Source: Salinispira sp. (GTDB lineage: Bacteria > Spirochaetota > Spirochaetia > DSM-27196 > Salinispiraceae). Taken from it: a DNA stretch of 64,000 nt. Both the position numbers and the translations under genes were made by a program. The notes beneath the pieces are model-generated. The model saw nothing but the letters and a program-made list of their open reading frames with translations. It was not told where the DNA came from and searched no databases. The DNA is taken from the NCBI GenBank assembly GCA_965226555.1, contig CBDDDG010000001.1, positions 128,001 to 192,000 of the forward strand, written 5' to 3'. Of the stretch, positions 10,282 through 20,439 are shown one piece after another; position 1 is the first letter of the stretch; every line of letters starts with the position of its first letter.

Positions 10282-10944
10282 GATAATTATCGATTTGAGT
10301 GAGAGCATGTTTATGCAGGTAGCTTTTATGCTCAATAATGAATAGAGCTTTTCGGTCGGGGTCTGACAGGAAGGGGGCGCTGACAACGAGATCGCAGTGA
10401 ATGTTCTTTTTTCCCGCAATGTAGCTGGGGTTTTCAATGCGGATTTTGTCCATGTCCAGCTTGGCAAGAGTTGTATCCTCACAGAACAGGCGCAGCAGGT
10501 CGGGAATCATACGGGGGGTTCTGTAGTAGGCGATCTTGAAGGCTATGTCGTGGATATGGCCTGTGCTGTGGGATGATTTTTTCATATTCTTCCTCCTACA
10601 TCTGTGACGGGAGAAAAACGAGATATGAATGACAAAATGAGAAATTTTTTCAAAAAAGTGAAAGTTTCTTCCTGAAGAGGTAAGTTCCCATACCATATAG
10701 ACGGGCTACATTGAATGGTAAATGATACAATGAGAAATTTTTGTGAAATTTTGTAATTATTTTTTTTAGAAGGGTATGTTCCCGGAAACATCCGAGCATG
10801 ATGAACAGGCAGTTCAGGATCTGGCGCGAGAGTTTATGCAGACAGAGCTGCAACGCGGGTCGCGCTGCAACTCCTGTTTAATTTAATCTGTTCCAGACGC
10901 ATGGGTGAGCCGGATGCGTGGTCGAGCAGGCCGAGCGGCGATAA

Positions 10945-11916
10945 TTAATGCGATCCATTCCGCACTGTCCGCATTTCCTCATCGCTCAGCCCGGTAATTC
11001 TCTGAACAGCCTCGGTCGACAACCCTTCCAAAAACATACTGCGGGCGTTTTTTCTCCGCTCCTCAATATGCCCCTCAGCGCGACCTTTCAGAATACCCTT
11101 TTCCATACCTTTCTCCATACCTTCCCTGACGAAGGCGTTGGTTATGTTATATGTCCGCATACTGTTTTCTCCTTCAGGGTACAGTTCCCTGTTAATTTTC
11201 TCAAACTGTTCATACAGTTTTGGATCTAGATCTTTGATATAGCCTAACACACTTTCTGCCAGATCAGTAAAGTCTTGTGATGACAGACCGTTCAGGAGCT
11301 GCGCAATCTCTTTCAGCCCCTCAGTGTCCATCTCATTATCTCGCATTATATACCACAACGCAGTCGATGTATATCGTTTTTCATCGGAACGCCATGCCAA
11401 CTGCTTTTTGTCCATTCGCCTCAGATCGCGCACAATGTACGACACTTTCACCCTGACATCTACCGTGCCTTCAATCATAGATTCGAAAGCAGCATTTCCA
11501 TGCGAACTATAAAATTCGCGCTGGAGGTTCCATTCCTTTTTTCCATGGTAGAGCAGCAGTATATAGATAGCATCATTTTCATTGTACACATTGCTGTTTC
11601 TGAGGGCATATTGATAGTTATCGATTTGAATGAGAGCATGTTTATGCTGGTAGCTTTTGTGTTCAATAATAAAAAGAGCTTTCCGCTCGGGGTCTGACAG
11701 GAAGGGGGCGCTGACAACGAGATCGCAGTGAAGATTCTTTTTTCCCGCAATGTAGCTGGGGTTTTCAATGCGGATTTTGTCCATGTCCAGCTTGGCAAGA
11801 GTTGTATCCTCACAGAACAGCCGCAGCAGGTCGAGAATCATACGGGGGGTTCTGTAGTAGGCGATCTTGAAGGCTATGTCGTGGATGTTGCCTGTGCTAT
11901 GGGATGATTTTTTCAT
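10945..11916 (-). CDS. Rpn-family nuclease/putative transposase, array copy 5 (intact; upstream leader cut by IS)
   Basis: As copy 2, with the shortest EG-repeat tract. Confidence 0.9.
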   Translation of the reverse strand: MKKSSHSTGNIHDIAFKIAYYRTPRMILDLLRLFCEDTTLAKLDMDKIRIENPSYIAGKKNLHCDLVVSAPFLSDPERKALFIIEHKSYQHKHALIQIDNYQYALRNSNVYNENDAIYILLLYHGKKEWNLQREFYSSHGNAAFESMIEGTVDVRVKVSYIVRDLRRMDKKQLAWRSDEKRYTSTALWYIMRDNEMDTEGLKEIAQLLNGLSSQDFTDLAESVLGYIKDLDPKLYEQFEKINRELYPEGENSMRTYNITNAFVREGMEKGMEKGILKGRAEGHIEERRKNARSMFLEGLSTEAVQRITGLSDEEMRTVRNGSH

Positions 11917-12007
11917 AAATACTCCTCCTACATCTGTGACAGGAGAAAAACGAGATATGAATGACAAAATGAGAAATTTTTTCAAAAAAGTGAAAGGGTG
12001 GATTTTG

Positions 12008-13277
12008 TTTTGAAATTGGGATATAAACCTTTGGACAGACCCCTCCTCCCCAGTGTAAAACGAAGGTTATTCGTATACACTGGGGGTTGTATAAAACATA
12101 AAAGGAGGGAAACAGTGAACAGTAGTATCACATATTCTCAGTATCATCTCAAGTCTCGGAAGTATCAGGCGGCTTCGATGTATGATTGGCGGTTGCGGAT
12201 GGTTCGGTATGCCCAGGAGCATTCGATCAAGGCGGCTGCTCGGGAGTTCGAGGTGTCGCGCAACACGGTGCGGCGGTGGGTTCGGCGCTTTGAATCCGGC
12301 GAGGGGCTTGAAGACAAGAAGCGGGGCACGACCAATCATCCGATGAAGATGAAATTCGGGCACCGGTGTCATCTCGAGAGTCTTGTCCAGACCAAGAATC
12401 GGAATCACAACAAAATCATTGGAACTCAGGTGCAAAAGCAGTTGCAGACGGAAGTTGGCGGGAAGTACAGCCTGCCGACGATTATCAAGACGCTAAAGCA
12501 GATAGGGGCGCGGAAAACAAAGAAGCCGAAGGCGCTACCCAAGAGAGATTTGCGGGAGGTAACCGACAGGATGAAGTTCGGCGAGTGCATTCAGATTGAT
12601 ATCAAGTATCTGACGGACATTCCCGCTATGCGGTTTTCTCAGAAGTGTTTAGACGTTCCGAAGTACCAGATAACCGCCCGGGATCGGGCGACAGGGGCTC
12701 TGTGGTACGCCTTCGCCAATGAGAAGAGCAGTATGGTAACAACCTTGTTCGCCGAGTACCTGCTGGAGCACCTGCGGAATCGCGGCGGAGACCTTGTCAA
12801 CGGCATAACGGTTCAGACCGATAACGGGGCAGAGTTCACCGTTCGGCATCTGAGCAAGACCCGAACGTCGGGGTTTGAGCAGGCGCTCATACAGGCGGGT
12901 GTCGAGTATCGGCGTATTCCGCCCGGGCATTGCACATGGAACAGTTCTGTCGAGTCCTCGCACCGGCTCATTGAGGATGAGTTCTACAGTCAGGTGATGA
13001 ATCCAAAGCTCAATGAGTTTCTTAAGGAAGCCGAGGAGTATCAGATAGATTTCAATTACCGGCGGTTCAACACCTACCGCAAAGGGACTCCGCTGGATCT
13101 TTTGAGGCAGCGGAATACCAATGTGGATAGTGATATTCTCCGGCTCAAGCCGATCATAATGGAGCAACGGTTCACACGGCCGACGCTTGAGCGATGGAGG
13201 GCTTGGCACTCGGAAGAAATGATCGCATAATAGGTCAAAGTGGGGTCTGTTCAAACCTTAATATCCCACTTTTATAA
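12008..13277 (+). mobile_element. IS481-like insertion sequence; transposase probably GTG 12115-13230
   Basis: N-terminal HTH (AAAREFEVSRNTVRRW) and rve core QIDIKY / QTDNGAEF / VESSHR. Imperfect IRs gggatataaacctttggacagacccc and ggggtctgttcaaaccttaatatccc; AGGAGG before GTG. Ends are approximate. Confidence 0.8.
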
Positions 13278-13301
13278 ATGCACAATACTTTCGAAATGTT
13301 T

Positions 13302-13366
13302 GCCCCATGGCAGTAAGTCACATTCCTCGTAATTGCGAATGTGGCCGATCCCATGGGCCTTTTTTT
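13302..13366 (+). ncRNA. Candidate structured RNA/terminator leader before a NYN-domain gene fragment
   Basis: Outer stem cccatgg/ccatggg, inner stem gtcacattc/gaatgtggc, followed by a U-tract. Confidence 0.4.
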
Positions 13367-13406
13367 ATAACAAGAAGAAATTTTTTGCTTTATGGGAGGT
13401 ATCATT

Positions 13407-13532
13407 ATGGAAACAAAAATTGCTATTTTAGTAGATGGTGGGTATTTCTACAAAAGATTACCATCGGTACGGAAAGATATTCTCGATCCGCTCTGTCTCA
13501 TGTATGCCAATCGCCGCTTGAAAAAACCATAA
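13407..13532 (+). pseudogene. NYN (PIN-like, LabA/DUF88) domain protein, N-terminal 41-aa fragment
   Basis: GGGAGGT SD, then METKIAILVDGGYFYKRL (the first strand and Asp of NYN proteins), then a premature end. Below the ORF-track cut-off. Confidence 0.65.
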
Positions 13533-13556
13533 TTATTTAGTACAGTAATAGTACGA

Positions 13557-15032
13557 ATGTCCGCATCCATATCTTTTCGAAATATAACAAGGAACATAGC
13601 GCGCAACAAGTTCATTCTGACCTTTATTTTTGTTATATTTGCGCTGTTGCTTATGGTCAACAGCTTTGTGAGCACAATATCCGATTCCTTTTATAAGCTA
13701 TACACAACATCGCTTACGGCCGATCTTTCCATATCGGCCAGCGGGGAAGATTTCACCCTCTTTGGAAACTCTGCCCTCCTTGTTGGTGAATTTCTGCCGG
13801 TGCCCCTTATCGCGGATATTGAAAACATTATTGAATTTCTGAATGCGCATGAGGCGGTGAATAACTGGGCGGGGGTGCTTACCCTTCCCGTTCATTTGAG
13901 AACAGGCAGCGCATCGGGTACCTACATTGCTTTTGGGGTCGATTTTGACGCATACCGGAATGTGTTGCCGGGCATCCACCTGCATTCCGGCGCATGGCCG
14001 GAGCGGGGCAACGGGCAGCGCGATGGGCTGGCCTACACAATGCTGCAGCAGCATCAGTATGAAAAGCTTGGAGAACCTGCAATAGGATCGCAATTACTTC
14101 TCACAATGAGTGACGGCAGTAGTTTTACCATTCGGGAGACCACATTATCGGGGACCTACAGCTATTCGGCTGAAGATGCGCTTATGCAGAACATTATTCT
14201 CACAGATGCCGATATTATCCGCTCGCTTGCCGGGTATGTTTCTTTCCCGCAGAATGGTACTATATCAACAGAGCAGCAGGAAGGTGCGGAGGTAGATGTG
14301 GATGACCTGTTTTCAGAATTACCGCAGGAAAGCGCTCCTCAGAATTCATTGTCCGCTGAATCGGCACTTGAATCGGCCATTGAATCGGAGGGCTTGCAGC
14401 TCAGCGATGTTGAGGATATTTTGAGTCTCACCCCAGAGAGGCTGGCGGGCAGGCAGATTAAAGAATCGGCATGGCATTTCATTCTCATTGCGCGTGACGA
14501 GGCACATTCATTTAATAGGGCAAAATTTGAGCAATTCGGAATTACTCAGGAGCACCGGCTTCTCAACTGGCGTAATACCGCCGGCGGCGATGCCCTCATT
14601 ACCTTTTTTCTGCAGATTCTTGTAAACGGGGGAGTGGGACTGGTTTTAATGTGCATAGCCTTTGTTACAATGAATATGATATCGCTCTCAATTCTGGAAC
14701 GAAAAAGGGAATTTGGCACCATGAGGGCGCTTGGAGCCACAAGAATGAGAATTGCCGGATACATGGCGGGCGAAGTATTTTTTATGATAGTTCCGGTAAT
14801 TGTACTGGGGCTTCTTTGCGGATCATTGTGTACCGCCATTATTAATTCCCGCGCTATTGTTTTGAATGATAGGTACATCAGCCTCTTATTCGGCAGTAAT
14901 ACCCTCAGGGGGAGCATTGATATGCGGCTTATTGTTTCCCATATTGTTTTGGGTATGGTGTTTATTCTCCTGTGTATTCCGTATCCGCTTACAAAGATTC
15001 TAAATATACAGCCGTTCAAAGCGATGTCATGA
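13557..15032 (+). CDS. ABC transporter permease, FtsX/MacB/LolE-like
   Basis: 'RNIARNK' start, large periplasmic domain, 'ERKREFGTMRALGA', C-terminal TMs. Confidence 0.85.
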   Translation: MSASISFRNITRNIARNKFILTFIFVIFALLLMVNSFVSTISDSFYKLYTTSLTADLSISASGEDFTLFGNSALLVGEFLPVPLIADIENIIEFLNAHEAVNNWAGVLTLPVHLRTGSASGTYIAFGVDFDAYRNVLPGIHLHSGAWPERGNGQRDGLAYTMLQQHQYEKLGEPAIGSQLLLTMSDGSSFTIRETTLSGTYSYSAEDALMQNIILTDADIIRSLAGYVSFPQNGTISTEQQEGAEVDVDDLFSELPQESAPQNSLSAESALESAIESEGLQLSDVEDILSLTPERLAGRQIKESAWHFILIARDEAHSFNRAKFEQFGITQEHRLLNWRNTAGGDALITFFLQILVNGGVGLVLMCIAFVTMNMISLSILERKREFGTMRALGATRMRIAGYMAGEVFFMIVPVIVLGLLCGSLCTAIINSRAIVLNDRYISLLFGSNTLRGSIDMRLIVSHIVLGMVFILLCIPYPLTKILNIQPFKAMS

Positions 15033-16345
15033 GCCCTGTACTGTATTTGTCTTTCAGGAATTTTTTCCGGCATAATAGCCGCTACATCATCATATTGTAC
15101 TCGCTCATTACCGTAACCGTTGTGTTTGTTATACAATTTGCCGTTATGTCCGGGCTGCGGCAGAGTGTTTTGTCGAAAACATCGAGGTATTTTGCCGGAG
15201 ATGTTGTTATACAGGCCTATAGGTTTACCAATGGCAATGGAGCGAGAATTTTAATGCCCGATCTTTCGGAGCTCTACCAGTCCACCGAAGCCGATAAAAG
15301 AATTGAAACATGGGCGCAGCGAACCCTGTATTTGAGTACCCCGCGCATATTCTTTAACGGCAGTAGTGTTAAACAGCGCAGAATCATTGGCGCAGAATGG
15401 GGGAGCGAAGCTCATGTTCTGCGGGAAATGTCATTCGTTGATGGAACTGTTCCCGAAGAAGATGATCGCAATGGAATTCTCATATCAACGGCAGTATCGG
15501 AATTGCTCGGAGCGCGGACGGGCGATCAGGTGCTTCTCAAGGGCGCCAGAGGTAACAATCAACAGAACACCCGCCTATTCATTGTGCGGGGTATTTTTGA
15601 TGAGGGGAGTTTTTTTGGTTATGCGAGTTATGTTCCCCGTCAGGCATTGAACGAATTTCTTGGCTACTCTGATCATGTTGCCAACGAAGTAGGGGTGTTT
15701 TTGAACAGACCCCATAGCAAAGGGGCGCGTGAGACCTTCGCGCAGGATATCCGTGAGAAACTTGAAGCGGAAACCGCATATACTGTTTTTCCGGTGCTGA
15801 ACTCCCAGACCGAACGAGATCAATACCTGCGTGGAAAAACAGATAAAGACGGTATTTTTCTGGCAGTGCTCACGGTCGATGCGCAGGCATCTGAAATTAC
15901 CGAGTTACTGAGAGCGCTCATAATTATCGCGGTAAGCATTATTAGTATATTCGGCATACTCATTGCCATTGGTGTTTCAAATGCCTTCTCCACTATTGTA
16001 TATGAGCGGCGTACCGAAATTGGCATGCTCCGAGCTCTGGGAATGCTTCCCGGGCGGGTGGTCGGTCTTTTTCTCGGCGAAATTATATTTCTGGTTATTA
16101 TCGGCTGTACTATTGGCATTGTGCTGGGGATAATGATACTTTATATTGCAGGCAGTCTTATCGATGTTTCTCACAGCGCATTTATGTCCCTGTTTTTACA
16201 AAACGGAAAAATCCCATGGCACATTTCTGTGGGCGCTGTGCTGGGTATTTTTGCCCTGAGTTTTGGCGCCTGCCTTTTCGGCGGTTTACAGGCCGTGTAT
16301 AAAACATCTACCATTTCCCCCGTGGAAGCCCTGCGGCAGGAATGA
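15029..16345 (+). CDS. ABC transporter permease, FtsX/MacB/LolE-like
   Basis: ATGA overlap with the previous gene; 'ERRTEIGMLRALGM' and 'ISPVEALR'. Confidence 0.85.
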   Translation: MSPVLYLSFRNFFRHNSRYIIILYSLITVTVVFVIQFAVMSGLRQSVLSKTSRYFAGDVVIQAYRFTNGNGARILMPDLSELYQSTEADKRIETWAQRTLYLSTPRIFFNGSSVKQRRIIGAEWGSEAHVLREMSFVDGTVPEEDDRNGILISTAVSELLGARTGDQVLLKGARGNNQQNTRLFIVRGIFDEGSFFGYASYVPRQALNEFLGYSDHVANEVGVFLNRPHSKGARETFAQDIREKLEAETAYTVFPVLNSQTERDQYLRGKTDKDGIFLAVLTVDAQASEITELLRALIIIAVSIISIFGILIAIGVSNAFSTIVYERRTEIGMLRALGMLPGRVVGLFLGEIIFLVIIGCTIGIVLGIMILYIAGSLIDVSHSAFMSLFLQNGKIPWHISVGAVLGIFALSFGACLFGGLQAVYKTSTISPVEALRQE

Positions 16346-16369
16346 GGTTGGCGAGAATCGGAGGTATCC

Positions 16370-17134
16370 ATGAACATACGAATTGTGTTTTTCATTTTGA
16401 TATGCCTGATATGCGCGGGAGGAATGGCAGCGGCAGAAGATAATGCGGTGCTTGCCGGTATTGATGCGCAGGTTTTCTATACGAGCGACTTTTCCGCAGA
16501 GTATACCATTACCCAGTATAAACCCAACCAAGGGAGCAGCGTGACCACTGCCGCTCTGTTTCGGCGCGATCCTGCCGATAAATACCTCATTCTCATTCTT
16601 GAGCCTGAAATTGATAAGGGAAAGGGATATCTGAAAATTGCGAATAATCTCTGGCTCTATGACCCGGTGAGCCGCCGTTTTAATGTTACCAGTGCCCGAG
16701 ACCGATTTGAAAATTCGAACGCAGCCAATGCCGATTTTACCCGTTCCACGCTGGCTGCCGATTATACCATTGTTAATGAAACCCGGGAGCAGCTGGGGGT
16801 GTATACCACCCGCGTATACATGCTTGAGGCGCGGCATAACGAAGTTACCTATCCGAAAATGAAAATATGGGTAGATGAAAATGAGTTGGTACGGAAATTT
16901 GAAGACTATAGCCTCTCAGGTCAGCTTCTGCGTACAACAGCAATTCCCCGCTATCTGATAGTAGGAGACCGCTACGTGCCTGTTCACATTGTCATTGTCG
17001 ATGCTCTCAGGGGAGCGGAGGTCAATGGAAAATTTCAGAATGAGAGAACAATTATAACAGTAGAAAAACCAGGCTTCAGCCCCCTCCCCGATCTTTTGTT
17101 TACCAAAGCATATCTGGAACGAGTGAGCCGATAA
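16370..17134 (+). CDS. Outer-membrane lipoprotein-sorting protein (LolA-like)
   Basis: Signal peptide; 'ILEPEIDKGKGYLK...NLWLYDP', 'SLSGQLLRT', 'FTKAYLE'; context with two permeases. Confidence 0.8.
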   Translation: MNIRIVFFILICLICAGGMAAAEDNAVLAGIDAQVFYTSDFSAEYTITQYKPNQGSSVTTAALFRRDPADKYLILILEPEIDKGKGYLKIANNLWLYDPVSRRFNVTSARDRFENSNAANADFTRSTLAADYTIVNETREQLGVYTTRVYMLEARHNEVTYPKMKIWVDENELVRKFEDYSLSGQLLRTTAIPRYLIVGDRYVPVHIVIVDALRGAEVNGKFQNERTIITVEKPGFSPLPDLLFTKAYLERVSR

Positions 17135-17140
17135 AAACAG

Positions 17141-18439
17141 ATGAGCAGAAAAATGAGCCGCTATATTCATGGCAAAAATTTCGTATGTCTTTTTCTGTTG
17201 ATGTTGATGCTGCCGGTGATGTATGTGTTCCCGCAGGATGCCCTTGATGATCTTTTTTCTTCACCGGATGAAACCCTGAGCGATGACGGTGGCGGGGGCG
17301 AGGACGATGGCGATGGCAGCGGCGCTGAGGGCAGCGAGGACAGTGGCGCTGAGGGCAGCGAGGACAGTGGCGCGGACGGTGCTCTCGATGTTCTTGCCGG
17401 TATCAACACCGGCACCACTGTTAAAGGTTCTGTTTCCATGAGCGGCTCCGTGGTTGCCGGTTTTCACAACTGGGATTTTAGCACCGCCGGCGAAACGGTT
17501 TCAGCGTATTATGAACTACAATCGGGTGTTTCGCTCGATGTCCGCCCAACAAAGGAGCTTCGCTTCTTTTCATCTCTGAGCGTTGGGCTCGATGCGGATG
17601 ACGTAAACATTACCGCCCCGGCAATAGGCGCGCTCTTTGTCGATTATACCCTCGCAGATACCGTGTTTTTCAGCTTCGGCAAGCAGGGGCTTACCTGGGG
17701 GCAGGGAAATGTAATTGCGAACCCCGGTAATCTTGTGGACGGCATATCTAATGGAATATCATTAAAAGCCTTCATTCCGCTGGGAAACAACGGCCTGAGC
17801 GTGGTGATATATCCGGGCGGAACAAGCAGCAGCCCCAGGAATTTTGCCTATGCTGCCCTCTTCGAATTTTCGGCGGGGCCGCTCAATTTCGGCCTGTCCG
17901 GAAAGTTTCAGCGGGAGCTGGATCAGGCGCTCAGTGTCAATGCCTATCTCAAAACGGTTATCGCTGGCATCGATGTTGCCCTCGAAAGCCGGGTTGATTT
18001 TGACACCTACCCCGAACGCGAGGGCTATGTGCCGCCGAAAGTGCAGGCGGTCAGTAATGTGTTCTGGGAATCGGATATTGGGATCCGTCTGTTTGGTGAG
18101 TATTTTTTTGCATACGGCCCGCAGGAGGTCATACACATATCGGAAACGGAGACGGTTCCAGCCGAAGCGGGTACGCACATTGGGGGCGTCGGCATGCTCT
18201 TTCCAGATTTGTTTGGAGGCGATTGGAGCCCGGGCCTCCGATGGTTTCATAACTTCAGCGATGGTTCCGGGCAGGTAGCCGCGGGAATAACAGGCACAAT
18301 TGCGCCGAATCTTCGGCTTAACATCGCTATTCCAGCGGTATACGGCGCGTCATACGGACATTATCAGCGAAACAATGCAGACCCTGAAGGGCGCAGATTA
18401 TCCGTAGTAACCCAGCTTACGCTCAGCGCATCATTTTGA
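17141..18439 (+). CDS. Exported protein, probable outer-membrane beta-barrel with acidic N-terminal linker
   Basis: Signal peptide, alternating beta-strand pattern, C-terminal Phe, 24-bp GAEGSEDS duplication. Confidence 0.55.
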   Translation: MSRKMSRYIHGKNFVCLFLLMLMLPVMYVFPQDALDDLFSSPDETLSDDGGGGEDDGDGSGAEGSEDSGAEGSEDSGADGALDVLAGINTGTTVKGSVSMSGSVVAGFHNWDFSTAGETVSAYYELQSGVSLDVRPTKELRFFSSLSVGLDADDVNITAPAIGALFVDYTLADTVFFSFGKQGLTWGQGNVIANPGNLVDGISNGISLKAFIPLGNNGLSVVIYPGGTSSSPRNFAYAALFEFSAGPLNFGLSGKFQRELDQALSVNAYLKTVIAGIDVALESRVDFDTYPEREGYVPPKVQAVSNVFWESDIGIRLFGEYFFAYGPQEVIHISETETVPAEAGTHIGGVGMLFPDLFGGDWSPGLRWFHNFSDGSGQVAAGITGTIAPNLRLNIAIPAVYGASYGHYQRNNADPEGRRLSVVTQLTLSASF

Positions 18440-18481
18440 CTTTCTGTACAGAACCCTTTATCATGCAGGTTCAGGAGTACC

Positions 18482-19378
18482 ATGATTATACGTGAAGAAC
18501 TCATCCAGGAAATAATGAAAATTATCCTGCAGGCGGGAGATGCGGTGCTTGCCGTGTATAATGACGATTATTCTGTTGAGTATAAGGAGGACAGGTCACC
18601 GGTAACCGAAGCCGATCGGATGTCCGATGAAATTATCCGGCGCAGGCTTGAAAATCTCCAAAAAAACATACCCATTGTTTCCGAAGAAAGCGAACAGCCC
18701 CCAACGAAGGAACGGCAGCAGTGGGAAGAATTTTGGCTTGTTGATCCTCTTGACGGTACACGGGAATTTATGAAGAGAAACGGAGAGTTCACGGTAAACA
18801 TTGCTCTGGTGCGGAAGGAAGAGAATGATTCGGTATGGCTTCCGGTTTTCGGCATTGTGTATGCTCCCATAATGGATGAAGCCTATTTGGGCTGGATATA
18901 TGGCGATTCGCATAATACTGATGTTCTGCCCGGGCAGGCCTATAAAATAATGAATATGAGAAATACCCATGCCTATTGGCGGGAAAATGCACAGCGGCTG
19001 GTTCCACTACGGCGAATGGATCGTGTGAACCTGCCTCTGCACATTGTGAGGAGCAGGAGCCATCGCAATGAGGAAACATCAACATTCATCCGGAAACTGA
19101 AAAATACTATGGGTGAGGTTAAAATAATGCAGCGCGGAAGTTGTCTGAAAATGTGCGAAGTCGCATCTGGAGCGGCGCATGCATACCCCCGATTTTTCCC
19201 GACCATGGAATGGGATACTGCTGCTGCCCATGCCGTATGCAGGGCGGTGGGTGTTTCTGTCATCGATACAGAACACTGCAGGACGCTTACCTATAATAAG
19301 GACGAGCTCCGCAACCCTGGCATTCTCGTTACCGGTATCCGGCAGATTGAGGAATTTTTATGCGGCCATATCAGCTGA
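18482..19378 (+). CDS. cysQ: 3'(2'),5'-bisphosphate nucleotidase
   Basis: SPVTEAD, SEE, WLVDPLDGTREF, GEFTVNIALV, TMEWDTAAAHA. Confidence 0.9.
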   Translation: MIIREELIQEIMKIILQAGDAVLAVYNDDYSVEYKEDRSPVTEADRMSDEIIRRRLENLQKNIPIVSEESEQPPTKERQQWEEFWLVDPLDGTREFMKRNGEFTVNIALVRKEENDSVWLPVFGIVYAPIMDEAYLGWIYGDSHNTDVLPGQAYKIMNMRNTHAYWRENAQRLVPLRRMDRVNLPLHIVRSRSHRNEETSTFIRKLKNTMGEVKIMQRGSCLKMCEVASGAAHAYPRFFPTMEWDTAAAHAVCRAVGVSVIDTEHCRTLTYNKDELRNPGILVTGIRQIEEFLCGHIS

Positions 19379-20265
19379 ATCATCTGCGAACCCTCGAATC
19401 GGAGGCCATATATGTTCTCAGAGAAGTTGCATCGGAGTTTGAACGTCCGGTTATGCTTTTTTCCGGCGGCAAGGACTCAATCTGCATGGCGCATTTGGCG
19501 CGCAAGGCATTTTACCCCGGAAAAATTCCATTCCCGCTTTTGCATGTCGATACCGGACATAATTTTCCTGAAACCATAGAATTTCGCGACCGTTTTATTA
19601 CAGAAATTGATGTGCGGCTTATTGTTGCCCATGTTCAGAATTCTATTGATGCCGGGCGGGTCGTTGAAGAACACGGTCCGCATGCCAGCAGAAATGCTCT
19701 TCAAACGGTTACCCTGCTGGATGCCCTCAGAGAACATAATTATGATGCGGCAATGGGAGGCGCGCGCCGCGATGAGGAAAAAGCCCGCGCGAAGGAACGG
19801 TTTTTTTCCTTTCGCAACCGTTTCGGTCAGTGGGATCCGAAAAATCAACGCCCGGAATTGTGGAATATCTTCAATACGCAGAAACACAAAGACGAACATT
19901 TCCGCGTGTTCCCCATTTCCAACTGGACTGAGCTTGATATTTGGAGCTACATCGCGCTTGAAAATATATCCATACCATCGCTCTATTTCACGCACCGTCG
20001 GGAGGTTCTTTTCCGTAACGGAACAATACTTGCAAACAGCGATGCTATTGAAAAACTTCCCGGTGAACATGCTGCCACTATCAGGGTTCGTTTCAGAACC
20101 ATCGGCGACATGACCTGTACCGGCGCCGTACGAAGTTCGGCGACCAGTGTGGAGGAAATTATATGTGAGCTTGCTTCAACCCGCACGACCGAACGGGGAA
20201 ACCGTACCGACGATAAGCGCAGCGAGACCGCTATGGAAGACCGTAAAAAACAGGGATACTTCTGA
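19360..20265 (+). CDS. cysD: Sulfate adenylyltransferase subunit 2
   Basis: LFSGGKDS, GARRDEEKARAKER, WDPKNQRPELW, MEDRKKQGYF. Confidence 0.95.
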   Translation: MRPYQLNHLRTLESEAIYVLREVASEFERPVMLFSGGKDSICMAHLARKAFYPGKIPFPLLHVDTGHNFPETIEFRDRFITEIDVRLIVAHVQNSIDAGRVVEEHGPHASRNALQTVTLLDALREHNYDAAMGGARRDEEKARAKERFFSFRNRFGQWDPKNQRPELWNIFNTQKHKDEHFRVFPISNWTELDIWSYIALENISIPSLYFTHRREVLFRNGTILANSDAIEKLPGEHAATIRVRFRTIGDMTCTGAVRSSATSVEEIICELASTRTTERGNRTDDKRSETAMEDRKKQGYF

Positions 20266-20439
20266 CCGCAGCTTTGCCCGCCGCAGATGCGCGCGCTGTG
20301 AACAGGAGCTTTGCTGACCGCAACTTTGCAAAAGTTTCTGATATTGTGTAATATATTGAAAAATGACGGTGGAAATGTGAGAATGTATTGATGTTTCCCT
20401 GAAACATCTTATCAAAACTAACTTTTTTAGGAGAGTAAA

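Larger units (their letters stand above)
9264..10585 (-). pseudogene. Rpn-family nuclease, array copy 4, disrupted by two palindromic insertions
   Basis: Three ORF fragments collinear with copy 2; inserts at 9589-9718 and 10152-10281. Confidence 0.9.
5207..11996 (-). repeat. Head-to-tail tandem array of five rpn units with a conserved hairpin-rich spacer
   Basis: Stop codons at 5207, 6642, 7926, 9264 and 10945; near-identical coding and intergenic DNA. Confidence 0.95.
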
